From contig NC_087436.1 in the NCBI RefSeq assembly GCF_036321535.1, forward strand, positions 41,604,001 through 41,668,000: a stretch of DNA of 64,000 bases, given 5' to 3'. Position 1 is the first letter of the stretch; every line of letters starts with the position of its first letter. Under the pieces are notes generated by a model. That model had not been told where the DNA came from. It made no database searches and saw nothing but the letters and a program-made list of their open reading frames with translations. Shown one piece after another: positions 49,340 through 61,719 of the stretch. Source of the stretch: Camelus dromedarius (Eukaryota). Made by a program: the position numbers and the translations under genes.

Positions 49340-50089
49340 AAGAATAACTACCCCTAAACTTGAAAATAAGGCAAACATCTGAGTGGTACATCTTTCCAAT
49401 ATCATATGGGGCAAAGACCCACGAAAGGATTATGGCTCATAATATGTAAATATCCTCTAGGCCATTAATTAAATGTGTATCTTACTCAGCAAATCTTATT
49501 ATTACACTCCTTTATTTGGTTGCCTATAAATACACAGCTTCTGAAACACTTTGGGTTGGTCTGAGCATTTTTCTGAGTCTCTCTTAATTAATGAATTGAA
49601 TAAAATTTTGACACATTTTCAAATTTTATAATTTGCATTAATATGATTTTATCTTTTAAAAAATGCTTTAACATTTGGTAGATATTAAATAGTAAATATA
49701 ATATTTATGTTAATTTTGAAAGTAATAATGAACACTTATTAAGCCATTACTCAGTTTAAGAATAAGAACATTACCTAAAGCACGAAAATCTCTCCTGTAC
49801 TTCGGAAGGATTTTTTCTCTCCATCCCAGAGGTATACACACTACTCTACATTTTGATTTGTGCATTTTCCTGTAATTTCTGTCATTTAATTTTTGGATGC
49901 CATGAAGTTTATTCAAACGGACTCTAATTTAAATTCTTGGTATAAATATTTTTAAAAACACACACATTTAACAACATAAGTAAGGCCTTTCACTACTGTA
50001 CTTAGCTTTCCTAAGACCCCCTAAAAATGCAAAATACTAAAGAAGTCCAGATACGTAATGAAATTCATTGCTTTAAGAGTAGCTTACTA

Positions 50090-50460
50090 ATAACATGGAC
50101 TTTAGTCAGAAGCAAGCTGAAGGAATATACATGATGCAGTTGCCAAGAATGTGCATAATCTTAGACTGCATTTGAAAATATTTCAATAGGGAAGGAAGTA
50201 ACATTCATTTTGTACTAGGTTCACTAAATTTTCACTAGAATAAGAAAAGTGGAACCCATTCAGGAGAGATAATAATTCCTGTATCACTTATGAAGATGTA
50301 AGTTGGAAAATTTATAAGGCAAAAAATTTTATAAAAGAAATGACTAGAGAACTATAGTTTTAGAGAGAAGTTAGAGTTCTATAATAAAACACACTTAAAG
50401 AATAGAACCGGGAGAAATGAAAGATTGATTTAGGATCAACTTGTAGGAGAATCATGTAAT
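50090..50460 (+). mobile_element. L3/CR1 LINE fragment
   Basis: 'tgatgcagttgccaagaa…aatcttagactgcatt' and 'tggaacccattcaggagaga' resemble the CR1 ORF2 C-terminal region. Confidence 0.55.
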
Positions 50461-50479
50461 AGTGGTGGGGGAATTATTT

Positions 50480-50570
50480 CATAATGGATACCTAAATCAA
50501 ATCATCACATTGACATTTTAAATATTTTACAATTTTATTTTTTAACTATACCTCAATAAAGCTGAAAAAA
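50480..50570 (+). mobile_element. Short L1MA9/MA10-like 3' terminus
   Basis: 'atcaaatcatcacattg…tacaattttatt…tatacctcaataaagctgaaaaaa'. Confidence 0.8.
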
Positions 50571-53079
50571 GAATTTCAAAAATGAAGTGAAGCTACTGAA
50601 GTAATTTATAGTTATAAAATAGATCTGCTGAGAATAAAGGATTCAAAATAAATATAATGTGATTAGTAACAGTGCAAAAAATTTATCCATCACATACTTT
50701 CTTATCAGCTGGTAAGACAACTTGATAGGCTTTTGATAGAAGTTTGGTACTACTTGAACATATTATGCACAGTGAATAGTAGATTAAAAGAACAGAAAGT
50801 CTTGGTTACTTGTTACTAAAAAAATCAGATATGTGTATGGGTGATTATTACTAATAAATAAGATTTCATATATAATTACAGTGTATTGTACAATAAAAAC
50901 TCAAATATGTATCCCTCACTATATGAAATATGAATGTTCTATAAAAACTAATAGAAATGAAAAATTCTAATTATCTGTAAATTAATTTTCTTACCAGATT
51001 ATTTTTAAAAGACAAGTTAAAACAAACTACAGAAAGTAGTAAAAAATTACCAGGATTAAAGAAATGTACTAAAGAACATTTTTTTCTGATAGTGGACCTT
51101 CAGAGAATCTTATCAAAAGCTAAGAATTTCATACAACTCCTTCCACTGCACTCATATTCCCAGTTAAGAGAATTAGGCAGCTTCAGAGACTTGTCTCTAC
51201 TGCAAATTAGATGGACCAGCGCTAGCTTTAGTTTCAACATGAGAAAATAGAGAGACCAATAGCTTAGTCTACAGAGACCTAGTTAGAGAACACACTGAGG
51301 AACACAACAAAAGCAGCATATGTTTATGGTTTTATACCTGTTTTTTATTGTTCATAGTTCTAAACACTAAAAGAAAATAAAAATTGAATGATACTATCTC
51401 TAATGTATAGTCTATAAAATATATCTATAATGTATATGTATATATAAAGACATATTTTCTGTAAGTTTCTTCCCAGCTGGATACAATATATAGTTCCATA
51501 AAGTAAGAAATATCTATTATGCCACAATATGTGTATTCAGTACACAGATATCTTAACTGTAAATGAAAAGTATATTATGAAAGACTGGTTTTCCTTTTAC
51601 AGAATATGATTGCAAATTATAAAATCTGTTCCTTACCCAGGATCCAAACGGAGGGATACAGTACATCTGACAAAATGGCAAGACCTAAAAATCCAATGTA
51701 AAAATTTTAAAAACAGAGGAAAGGGATTTAAGGCAATTTTAAGGTAGTTTGAGGAGGTAGTAGCTTATAGCAGAGGATGGTTAAGCCCCACTTTTAAAAT
51801 AGAACTTTTAACTTGTATTCTCTCTTTGCCACATTGCCCTAGGCAGATCATTATTTCCCTGGAGTCAGTGTGAGCCAGGGAAGCTTCACAGAGAAGACAT
51901 TTCTGTGGTGTTACTCCATCTGCAAGAGTGGATGGCGCCAGATCCCAGTTGGGGTAGGAACAGGTCATGGTAGATGTAGGTTGAAAGTCAACTTAGTTTT
52001 TTTTCTCTCTACCATCTACAAACTCTGACAGACAGACACAATAAAGGTTGGGAGAACTCTTGGAAAAAAGTAGTTTTTAATTCAAAAGACAAATTTACTT
52101 GGTTTTGCAAAAAGATTTTACAGTCCAGATTGTGGGGAGAGAAGTTCCCAAGGTAGAATATGCCTACCCTTCATTAAACTCATTAGAAGAAACAACATAA
52201 GGCCCATTTTCATCTCACTCCTTAATAGATTTCTAGGCAAAATAGCTTGTACCCTAGGGGAATGTGACTCATATGGAAAAAAAGCTAATATTTCAGAAGA
52301 GTACAGATACTACAAAAATAAGAGAACAAAAACTAAAGAATTTCTTTCAAAAGCGTCAGAATGAATGATTATGTGAAGCATAATTTCAAGCATAATTAAA
52401 TATAAATGTAATGAATAGCCCAAAGAATATAAGGAAAGACTTTGAGAATCTAATATATGAGCAAGCAGACCTAAAAAAGGTCGAATTGGAAAGATTCAGC
52501 CATAAAAGTACAGTGATTAAAATAAAAATTTTAATAACAGTTTGAGTTAAAAATAAATATAGCTGAAAATTATTTCAAATAATAGATAGAGAAACTCTCC
52601 CCCAATTCATCCACAGTTGATAAAGACATGGGAAGTACTTAAGAAAAAAAAAACTTTTAGGTAAACTGAAGGATTGTAGTCTTAAATGAAGAAGATTTCA
52701 TAAAAGATTTCATATAAAGAAGATTTCATATAAGAAATAAATTGGGCTTGAAAATACTTGAGGCAACACACAAATTTTTTAAAATTAAAAATGAAAACCA
52801 GATTGAAAAGGCAGATGAATAAATACCTTGTTTTGCAAAAAATCCCAAGGCTCAAACACTCTTAGAGGAAAATTTCTAACAACTGTAAAGGACCACAGAA
52901 TCCCTAAATTGTTTTTCCAGAAAACAGAAAAAGATGAAAGAGCTGCCCATATAATTTTGTGAGGTATATATACCCTTGATTCCTAAATTAAATAAGGAAG
53001 TGTGAGAAACTGAGATTATAAGCCCATTTTACTCCACAATACAAGTTTCAAAGACTCTTATTTTTTACCATATCCCTAT

Positions 53080-53517
53080 TTTTGCCTTTTCCATTAGTGG
53101 TATACGCTGATCTTTAGGTAAATGCATGGTCGACCGAAATAAGTCATAAAACAGATCTGACTATGTGATTATATCCTGACTAAGGAGAATTAAGCAGAGG
53201 CAGTTTTGCACAAATTCTAGGAAATGTCCTTAAAGGGAAAGGTTAAGGCCCTGTTTCCTCTTTGTGCTTAATGCTTTAATGGCCATTACTCCAGTAGCCA
53301 CCATTGATCACAAGTTGAGCTATGGAATGGCCACATTTATGGCAAAGCAATAAAATAAAAAGAGACTCAGAATCTGACTTCTCAGAGAACTGATCACACC
53401 AGCTCTGATTGTACAACTTCTAAAATTTCAAAACATAGGGAAAATTTTTTTTTCTTTTTATCTATGATTATTTTCATTTAAGGTGTTAAATGTAGCCAAA
53501 CCTAATCTTAACTAATA
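53080..53517 (+). mobile_element. MLT1I/J-like MaLR LTR
   Basis: 'ttctaggaaatgtccttaaaggga', 'cagtagccaccattgatcac', end 'gtagccaaacctaatcttaactaata'. Confidence 0.6.
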
Positions 53518-53686
53518 TGAAACCCTTTTTAAAACAGGTTTTATAAAACTATGTTTTAATAGTGGGTTTCAATAGAATGCAAGTGATTGTTAAAGAATTA
53601 ACACTCCATGACCAAAGAGAGTTTATCCCCAGGATAGATGGAAAATACAATGTAAGAATATCTATCAATATGTAGGACCCTATTTA

Positions 53687-53800
53687 CAGGTTAAGCAATT
53701 GTCTCTGACTGCCTGAGCCTACAAAGTTTCTTGAGATGTTAGACTTTTGGTGCTAAAATTGGGATAGTCTTGTGCAAAGTGAGAGGTCTTGTCCATTTAG
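53687..53800. mobile_element. MER94-like hAT-Blackjack MITE
   Basis: Central 'gacttttggtgctaaaattgggatagtcttgtgcaaa' matches the MER94 core; length ~115 bp. Confidence 0.6.
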
Positions 53801-56137
53801 TCTGTACAATGTGCAAAAGGAGAAAATAGATGATCAATTCAGTATATTTAGTAAAGCACTTAATAGTGTAAACATTCATTCATGATTAAAAATAAATTTC
53901 AGTTCTATCCACGGCAGATTAGTTTGTTTCAGATCTGTACACTCACTAATAAAAACTAGAAAAGCTAGGAAGACAAACCAAAACCAAAACAAAAAAGCCT
54001 TGTTGAAAATGTCAGAGATTTAGCAAGGTACCAATAACTTGTAAAGCAAATGGAGAGAGAGAAGGAAATCCTAGAGGAGTGGACCAGTTGAGTCCTCTTG
54101 CCTGTTGGAGGCACTAACAAAGAGTCCAGAAACTGACCCACACTTTTATAGACATTTAATTGATGACCAAGGTGGGCTCTAATGAGAAATAGGGAAAGAA
54201 AGACCTGGTCAACTATATAATCATAAAAAACAAATTAACAAACAAATGAGCCTGGTCCCAATCTTCCACTATTCACAAAAATCAACTCTTACTGTATTCA
54301 GATCTAAATGTAAAGGTAAAAATATAAAGCTTCTTGAAGATATTATTGTCGACCTTTTGTTAAATAGACATTTCTTAATCACAACACAGAAAATACAAAT
54401 TATAAATATACCATGTTTGATTTATTGATAGAGACCATCAAAAGAGTAAAAATGAAAACTGTGACTGGGAGAAAATATTTTCAATACATGAAACTAACAA
54501 AAATATTTTTCTCCCCAAATCAAAAAAGAAAGTCAACAAATGGGGGGGGAAAAGTCAAACAACATGAGTGGACACTTGTCACACAAAAAATATCCCTAAT
54601 GGATGATAAACATTTAAAAAGATGTTCAAACCGACTAATCACCAGTGAAATTCAAGTAAAAGTCACAACAACACAACCCACAGCAAAATTTCTAGAATGG
54701 AAACATGTGAGAGCAAGTTTTAACAAGGACTTTAAGCAACAGGAGAGGAATTTGATAAATCATGTTAAAGAATTCCTTGTATGTTATGGCATGTAATACT
54801 AGAAAATGGGAATTTTTCTTTTTAGATATATACCCAATGCTCAATAAATGTGTCAAAAAACATGGACAGGCATATTCATCTACAATATTTCATTCCAAAC
54901 ACTACTGTTTTTATTTTTTCATGTTTCTTTAAAAATCTTAATCATGTTTCTTTAAAAATCTCAAGTTTTAAATATTTAAAACTATGAGATAAACACATTG
55001 CCATAATGTTATCAATGTCTTTCTAGTATATTAAAATTCAAAAGCAGATATACTTCCATGTTTAGTTAAAGGGGGCTTAATTTTCTCAAAATAATTGTTT
55101 GAATTGAAATTTGTCAATTTATAGAATGCATCAATGTATTATTATGATATATGAAATCGCAGAAGTGTAACTATTTTTACTAGAATTTGTTGATAAAAAT
55201 TACTGATAATCAAAAGGACAACATGTGACATTTCCTGATTTACTATATTTTTTGGCTTTGCTAATTTAGTCAAAATCATGCTTGGCGCTTGTCATTAATT
55301 AAAATAAAATGAAAAGCCAGTTTGAAAAACAGCCTCATGAAAAATGTATTTCTTTTTTCACTTGATCAATCATTTGTAGTTAATTCTAGCTCCAAATATA
55401 CTCAGTGTAATTCTACTTGTTTATCTTGTAAATGACTACACATATTTTCAACATCTAATAGAGCCATGAAAGTCTCTTGTGATTGAATTAGTATCCACTG
55501 AAATATGCCAAAATTCGTATGTTTGGGTATCTCCAAAAAACTAAGGTTTACCATGACCTACTGTTGGTACCTTAGTGTGAGAAATCTGGATTATTACCAA
55601 CTCCTGCCATGCCTCTTTAAAGGTCATGCAGATGTCTGTTGGGGCATTATTTGATAGTAAACAAAACTGCAAAAACAATTCAAAATACAGTTTTCACAAC
55701 CATATCTCCTTCTTGAAAATAAATAAATACTTCACTGTTCGATAAGAAAACACAGGTATAACTTAAAAAGGATATTTGTACCAACACCTTACCATCTATT
55801 CTCATCTTAAATTTCAGAGTTCACTGTGCTCCTACCATTCTTCAAATCCTTTAATTAAAATTTTGGTATTTTTGTGCATCTATCCTTATCTGATTCTTTC
55901 AAGCAAGCTATCTGATAAGTCTCATACACTTTAATTATTCCATAAATGTTTGCATTAAAATGTTTATTATCTTTTGTGGATCTGTATTTGGTTGACTCTG
56001 AGATTTCTTAACTAAATCACTTTAGAAAATTCAGACTTTTGCATGGAGATACTTGAGAAGAGATGCAACACTTCACTCCATTTTATTTTGTAGTTAGGCA
56101 AATTATAGTGAATTTATCTTTAAAGGAGAGTGATTAG

Positions 56138-56600
56138 GACTTCTGATTTTAGCTCCAACATATAAAGATCAGAGAAGCCATCACTCTCCTCCTTACAAGA
56201 AGGAAAAAAATAGACTTAAATCAGAGACTTTTCTTGAACCTAGCAGGAAATTTAGGTCATTGAACAAATTACCACCCCAGTATCTAGAAAGACAGTACAG
56301 CCAGAGACATACAGCAAGTGAGATCTACTTACCTGGAACAAAAATGCCTGGAACCATAAGCTAATATGAACATTTACATGGCTAATTTGATTAATTGGTA
56401 GAAGCGGAGTGTGGAGTACCATGAGACTGATAAAAAGCACCATATGCAGATGATTTTGCTGGTAAAATCTTTCATGTATTTAATGAATAAATAATACTAA
56501 TACATCACAATTTATTGAAGCAGAAAATAGAATCGGAAGGAACATTGCCTTGCTTATTCTATGAAGTCAGCAATATCCAAATACCAAAACGACAATATAG
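56138..56600 (+). mobile_element. L1M3/L1MB-type 5' fragment joined to an ORF2 fragment
   Basis: 'gacttctgattttagctcc…cagagacttttcttgaacc', then 'ttattctatgaagtcagcaatatccaaataccaaaac'. Confidence 0.6.
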
Positions 56601-57037
56601 ATTGGTATGAATGACTACATTCATCATCAGTTTTTATATTTTAAATATATATTTTAAGATGTTTTTGTCAGAATACATATATAAATATAAATGCATATAA
56701 GTATATATCAAAATTATATGGACCTATTCTATTTAAACAAAATATTAATTTTTAAATATTCATGTATCTTCAAGTGTGTTTCCCATGAGCTGTCTTTTTT
56801 GGGGAGACAATTTAAACTTTGCTACCAATATTATGTTTTTGTCAATTTTACATTCCATTTTCTATGATTATGATTTATTTCAGAGCTAATTTCATAGATT
56901 GATAAAGCCTAACGGTATGTTTGCTGAGTAGATTATGACTTTTCTCAACATAAAATATTTATAAATTGTCTTCAGATTTCACCTTGACTTCTACTTTGTC
57001 TGGTATTTAATGTTTATATGCCTGCCCTCTATTTCTT

Positions 57038-57970
57038 TATTTTTCTTATATTTACTTTTACTGAGGTATAATCAGTTCCAGTGTGTCAATTTCAGGTGCA
57101 CAGCACAATGTCCCAGTCATGCATATTACATACATATATTTGTTTTCATATTCTTTTTAATTAAAAATTATTACAACTTATTGAATACAGTTCCCCGTGC
57201 TATACAGAAGAAATTTGTTTATCTATTTTTATATATAGTGGTTATCATTTGCAAATCTCAAACTCTCAAATTTATCCCTTCCTACTCCTTCCCCCCAGTA
57301 ACCATAAGATTGTTTACTATTTCTCTCAGTCTGTCTCTGTTTTATAGATGGATTCATTTGTGTCCTCTTTTCCCCCTTTTTTTCTTTTTTTAGATTCCTC
57401 ATATAAGTGATATCATATGGTATTTTTCTTTCTCTTTCTGACTTACTTCACTTAGAATGATGATCTCCAGGTCCATCCATGTTTCTGCAAATAGCATTAT
57501 TTTATTCTTTTTTATGGCTGAGTAGTATTCTATTGTATAAATATACCGTAACTTCTTTATTCAGTCATCTGTAGATGAACATTTAAGTTGTTTCAATGTC
57601 TTGGTTATTGTATATAGTGCTGCTATGAACATCGGGGTATATGTATCTTTTCAAATTAGAGTTCCCTCTGGATATATGCCCAAGAATGGGATTGCTGGAT
57701 CATAGGGTAAGTCTATTTTTAGTGTTTTGAGGAATCTTCATACTGTTCTCCATAATGGCTGCACCAAACTAATTCCCACCAGCTGTGTAGTAGGGATCCC
57801 TTTTCTCCACAGCCTCTCCAGCATTTATCATTCAAGGACTATTTAATGATGACCATTCTGACTGATGTGAGATGATACTTCATTGTAGTTTTGATTTGCA
57901 TTTCTCTGATGATTAGTGATATTGAGCATTTTTTCATGTGCCTGTTGGCCATATGTCTTCATTAGAGAAT
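57038..57970 (-). mobile_element. 5'-truncated young camelid-type L1 with perfect 15-bp TSD
   Basis: TSD tgccctctatttctt at 57023-57037 and 57971-57985. Colinear with the L1 at 37358-38508. Confidence 0.96.
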
Positions 57971-59039
57971 TGCCCTCTATTTCTTAATATTTGCTTGGTA
58001 TATATTTTTCTGGTTCTGTATTCTTAAACTTTCTGGATTATTTTCTTTGTCTTACATTCCTTATGTACAGCATAGAGCTGAATTTTGTCATTTAGTTCTT
58101 CATGTTTTTTTTAATTTTTTTATATTCTCAGAATATAATGTGAAAATATAACCAATTCACACTTATTATGGTATTTTTGAGATTGTTTTTTATTTTTAAA
58201 TTTTTTTCATGTTTTTCTTCCAACCTCTTCCATACGTCTTTGAACTTTTCAAGATGCCCTTTTTCTCAGTTCTTCTGTCTCTCTTTCTCACTCTTTGTTT
58301 TAAAATATGTTTATACCTATTCCTATTCTTTGAATTTACAAATATGTTTTAACTCAAACATATTTGAGTTTAAATGTGTTTAAGCTAAAACATATTTAAG
58401 CTTATATTTTCTTTCAAAATTTTTAATTAATAACTATAAACTATTACATCCTTTTACTCCATTTCCTCTCACTCTACCATCTACTTCTTTTTCATAAATA
58501 GTGATATATTATTGTTTTTAATATTTTGGACTATATAGTGCAACTGGTGATCTTGCTATATGTTTTGTTACTTTTCCATGGTATTTTCTCCCCACTATTT
58601 CTTATAAAACACATATTCTGGTTTTAGATTTTTTGTTTGTTTCAAAATTATATCCCTTTAAATAATTTAAATTGATTTAGATTTGAACAAAGAATTCTAT
58701 ATCCATTGTAAACTAGCATTCAAGAATGAGAGCAGAATAAAAATATAGAAAAATAACCACTTGAGTATGTCTAAGTGTATAATAATAGTATTTTTGTTTT
58801 CTTAAGTAATATTTATTAAAGTTGTCTCCAATTTTATCTATTTCCCTGATTTAGTTGTTTTACTTTTTCTGTACTGTTTTTCTTCCCTCATTGTTGGGAT
58901 CTTGAGTTTGAAGTTATTTTTCAGGGTATTAGCTTTCCCCCAACATTTGTATTAGTAATCCATTATGAACACATAAAGTACACTAGTTATCCTCATTATC
59001 ATCATCATCATTATCATCACCTTTATAATTATGTTTATT

Positions 59040-60410
59040 ACTTGATTTTGTATTGCTTTTGTGATATATATATGGTGAGTGTATAAAGTCTAAGAATTAT
59101 AAACACAGAGCACAATGGATTTTTAGATATCAAGGTACTTGTACAGCTATCACGCAGATAAACATATAGAATATATTTTCAGAACACCAAAAGTTCCTTT
59201 TCCACATGCTCCTTGTCTGATATGTCCTCTAGATGGCAATTCTGACCTTTCAGCATAGATTATTTTTGTCTATTTCTGAACTTAATATAAATCGAATAGT
59301 TAAATAATATATTCTGGTTTAACTCCAGAAGATGTCTGTGAGATTTATCCATGTAGAAGTTGTTAATCTTTCTTACTTGTTGTGTGGTTTTAATCCATTC
59401 CCCTAGTGATTGTTTGGTGGAGGATCTCCATATTGGTGGGACCCAGATCACTAAGAAGGAAGTGCTGCCTAGGTAGCTTTAGTATCTCTGAATGCATTAT
59501 GTTGCTGCCAGAATGGAAAAAAAAAAAAAAAGGACGACAAGGACAGGAATAAGAAATACAAAGAAAATTCTAAGTTGTGTGATGTCTGGCATTATAGTGT
59601 CTTTTCAGAACCCCATATTGGAAAATCCTATAAGGGAGCTAGATGGCAAAGAAGCTCTGCCATTTGTAGAGCCCAAGACCCAACATCCTAAAGCATGGCA
59701 TAGTAGATTGAGTGTCAGGTTGAGACAGAAGAGTTTAATACCCAGCACTGATGTCAGTGGCCTGCTTCTAACTATTGTTGGGGAGAGATAAGGTATGAGT
59801 TTGAACAAGCTTGCTTCCCTCAGGGTGATTGTAAGCTACTTTAGTGTTGCTCCTAATAACTTGTTTGTCAGTACAACCCCTGGAGAACAGAATTCTATTC
59901 TTCTACCTCCTTTTGTTCGTTCCTTATGAATAGGGTGTGAAAATTACATCAAATTGTGCTCTTTTATTTTCTTGAGCCCTCAAACCTATGTTACAACACT
60001 TCCCAGTAGGTCATAAGACCCTAGTTAGAAGCCAGGCTTGTTTTTTTCTCTGAGGACAAATATCATTGCTGCCTACTACTCAGTGTTAATAGGGGAAGAA
60101 GAATGGTTTGACTGACATCCTGTTTAAATTGCTGAGCTTCCTCCTGCTGTGTTTAATTGATGACTTCTAGATTAGAAATTTGGGGGATGTACTTTGGAAG
60201 AAAATTTCTTCTTTGACCTTTATCACTGGGAATAGCTACACCAGTTTTTATCCTCTGTCTCTTATTTATTGGAATATTCAGTTCCCTTGAAATCATCCAT
60301 TCTTGTCTTTTCAATATGTTTATACACACACACATATGCATACTAAAGTATTAATGGATTTTAGCAGGCAGGGGAAGTAGATGTTTTGATTCAGATCATC
60401 ATCTTGATGC
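59040..60410 (-). mobile_element. Old L1 fragments (L1MC-like 3' end at ~59040-59420; probable old L1 5' region beyond)
   Basis: 'agcatagattatttttgtctatttctgaacttaatataaat', 'tgtctgtgagatttatccatgt'. The distal part is assigned weakly. Confidence 0.5.
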
Positions 60411-60867
60411 ATTCTCTCTTTTCCTTAACTTAAAACCATATATTACCTTATAGTGACAAAGCTTTTCCAAATCAGCATCTATGTGAGTAGACTTTAACAA
60501 TAAGAGCCCACGGAGAAAAGAACAAACGCTATTTAAATTATGGTCTATTTTAGATTATGTTGGATAAGTCAAGTTCTTGATAGGAACAGAAGCTTAAATT
60601 GAAAGATTATAAATTAAACAAGAGCAAACTTTTTAGAATAAAGTAAACCTGTTTTCAGATATATTTATAACTGCCTAGACCTTCTAATGCTTTGGACTAA
60701 TTTTTATACAATAGATTTTTCAAAACTGCATCTCATAAAAGAGATAATCTTCTGTTATACAAGACTTCAGAGGATAGAAAAAACAACCAAAAAAGATTAA
60801 TGATTTTATTCATTAAAGAAAAGCTGTGATAATTTAGGTTTAAGATTACACTAAACCCGGATAAACC

Positions 60868-61048
60868 CATGGTTCTCAAATTTTCTGCATCAGAGTAAAC
60901 TAAAGGGCTTGGTAATACACACATTGTTGGGCCCCTATCCCTGGGTTTCCCATTCTGTTCTGAGGTCTGGGTGACACTGAAAATGCATTTCTGAAAAGTT
61001 CCCTGGTAATACTGATGCTGTCTGAGGTCTCCATGTTGAGGACCACTG
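60868..61048. mobile_element. MER5A hAT-Charlie MITE
   Basis: TIRs catggttctcaaa … ttgaggaccactg. Internal 'tgcatttctgaaaagttccctggtaatactgatgctg'; length ~180 bp. Confidence 0.9.
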
Positions 61049-61719
61049 CTGTAATCTTGTAGAATATATAAAATGTCATATAGAAATATAAGCATTACCC
61101 AGTTAGCAATAGAATACATAATTTAAATCATATATGAAAGATTTTATATACTTTGAAATGTGTTAGATATTATCTAATCAGTGTTAATATTACCCCTTAC
61201 CTAAACACGTATCTGTGTACCTGCTATCTTAACTCTACAAACCTATCACGTCAGGATCATTCCCTGATGACCTTTTAAAATTCCAACCTGTAGAAACATC
61301 TAAGGGAGGTTTTAGATGACTGAATAAATGAAAATGACACAATCCATGTACTCTAAAAAATGGGAAATACAGTGAATAAAAAAGACAAAATAAAATTATT
61401 TTATTTGTATACAGTCATTTTCCTCTATATATTTTTCTGTGCCTAGAATTATTATATATAAGATCCATGTATGTGACACTTCTGAGAATCTGTAAAAGAG
61501 GAAAGATTTAGGAAGTACATGCAGAATGCAAACAACCACCTTGAAAAGAATGAACATTCATTCAAAGTGGTCTGCTCTTAATATTTTTTATGAATAGAAG
61601 TAAACTATTTTTTTTTAATTAAAGGGGATCTTTCTCATTTTAAAATCAATTTGGATATTATGTTTTAAGTTAAAATTCTCCGTGATCACTTATGAATGCT
61701 TAGAAATGTTTTGAAACCT

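Larger units (their letters stand above)
51700..54860 (+). mobile_element. Fragmented old L1 (L1M4/L1MC-type) spanning 5' region to ORF2 end, with nested elements
   Basis: ORF 54413..54796 has L1 ORF2 remnants (KHLKRCSNRLITSEIQVK). Also 'ccatgaccaaagagagtttatccccagga' and 'aaaatataaagcttcttgaaga'. Confidence 0.7.

Noticed and set aside
57010..57393. Hydrophobic 127-aa ORF resembling a membrane protein (similar peptides at 2519, 25936, 37391)
   Set aside because: Antisense translation of the L1 3' UTR; the recurrence reflects repeat copies.
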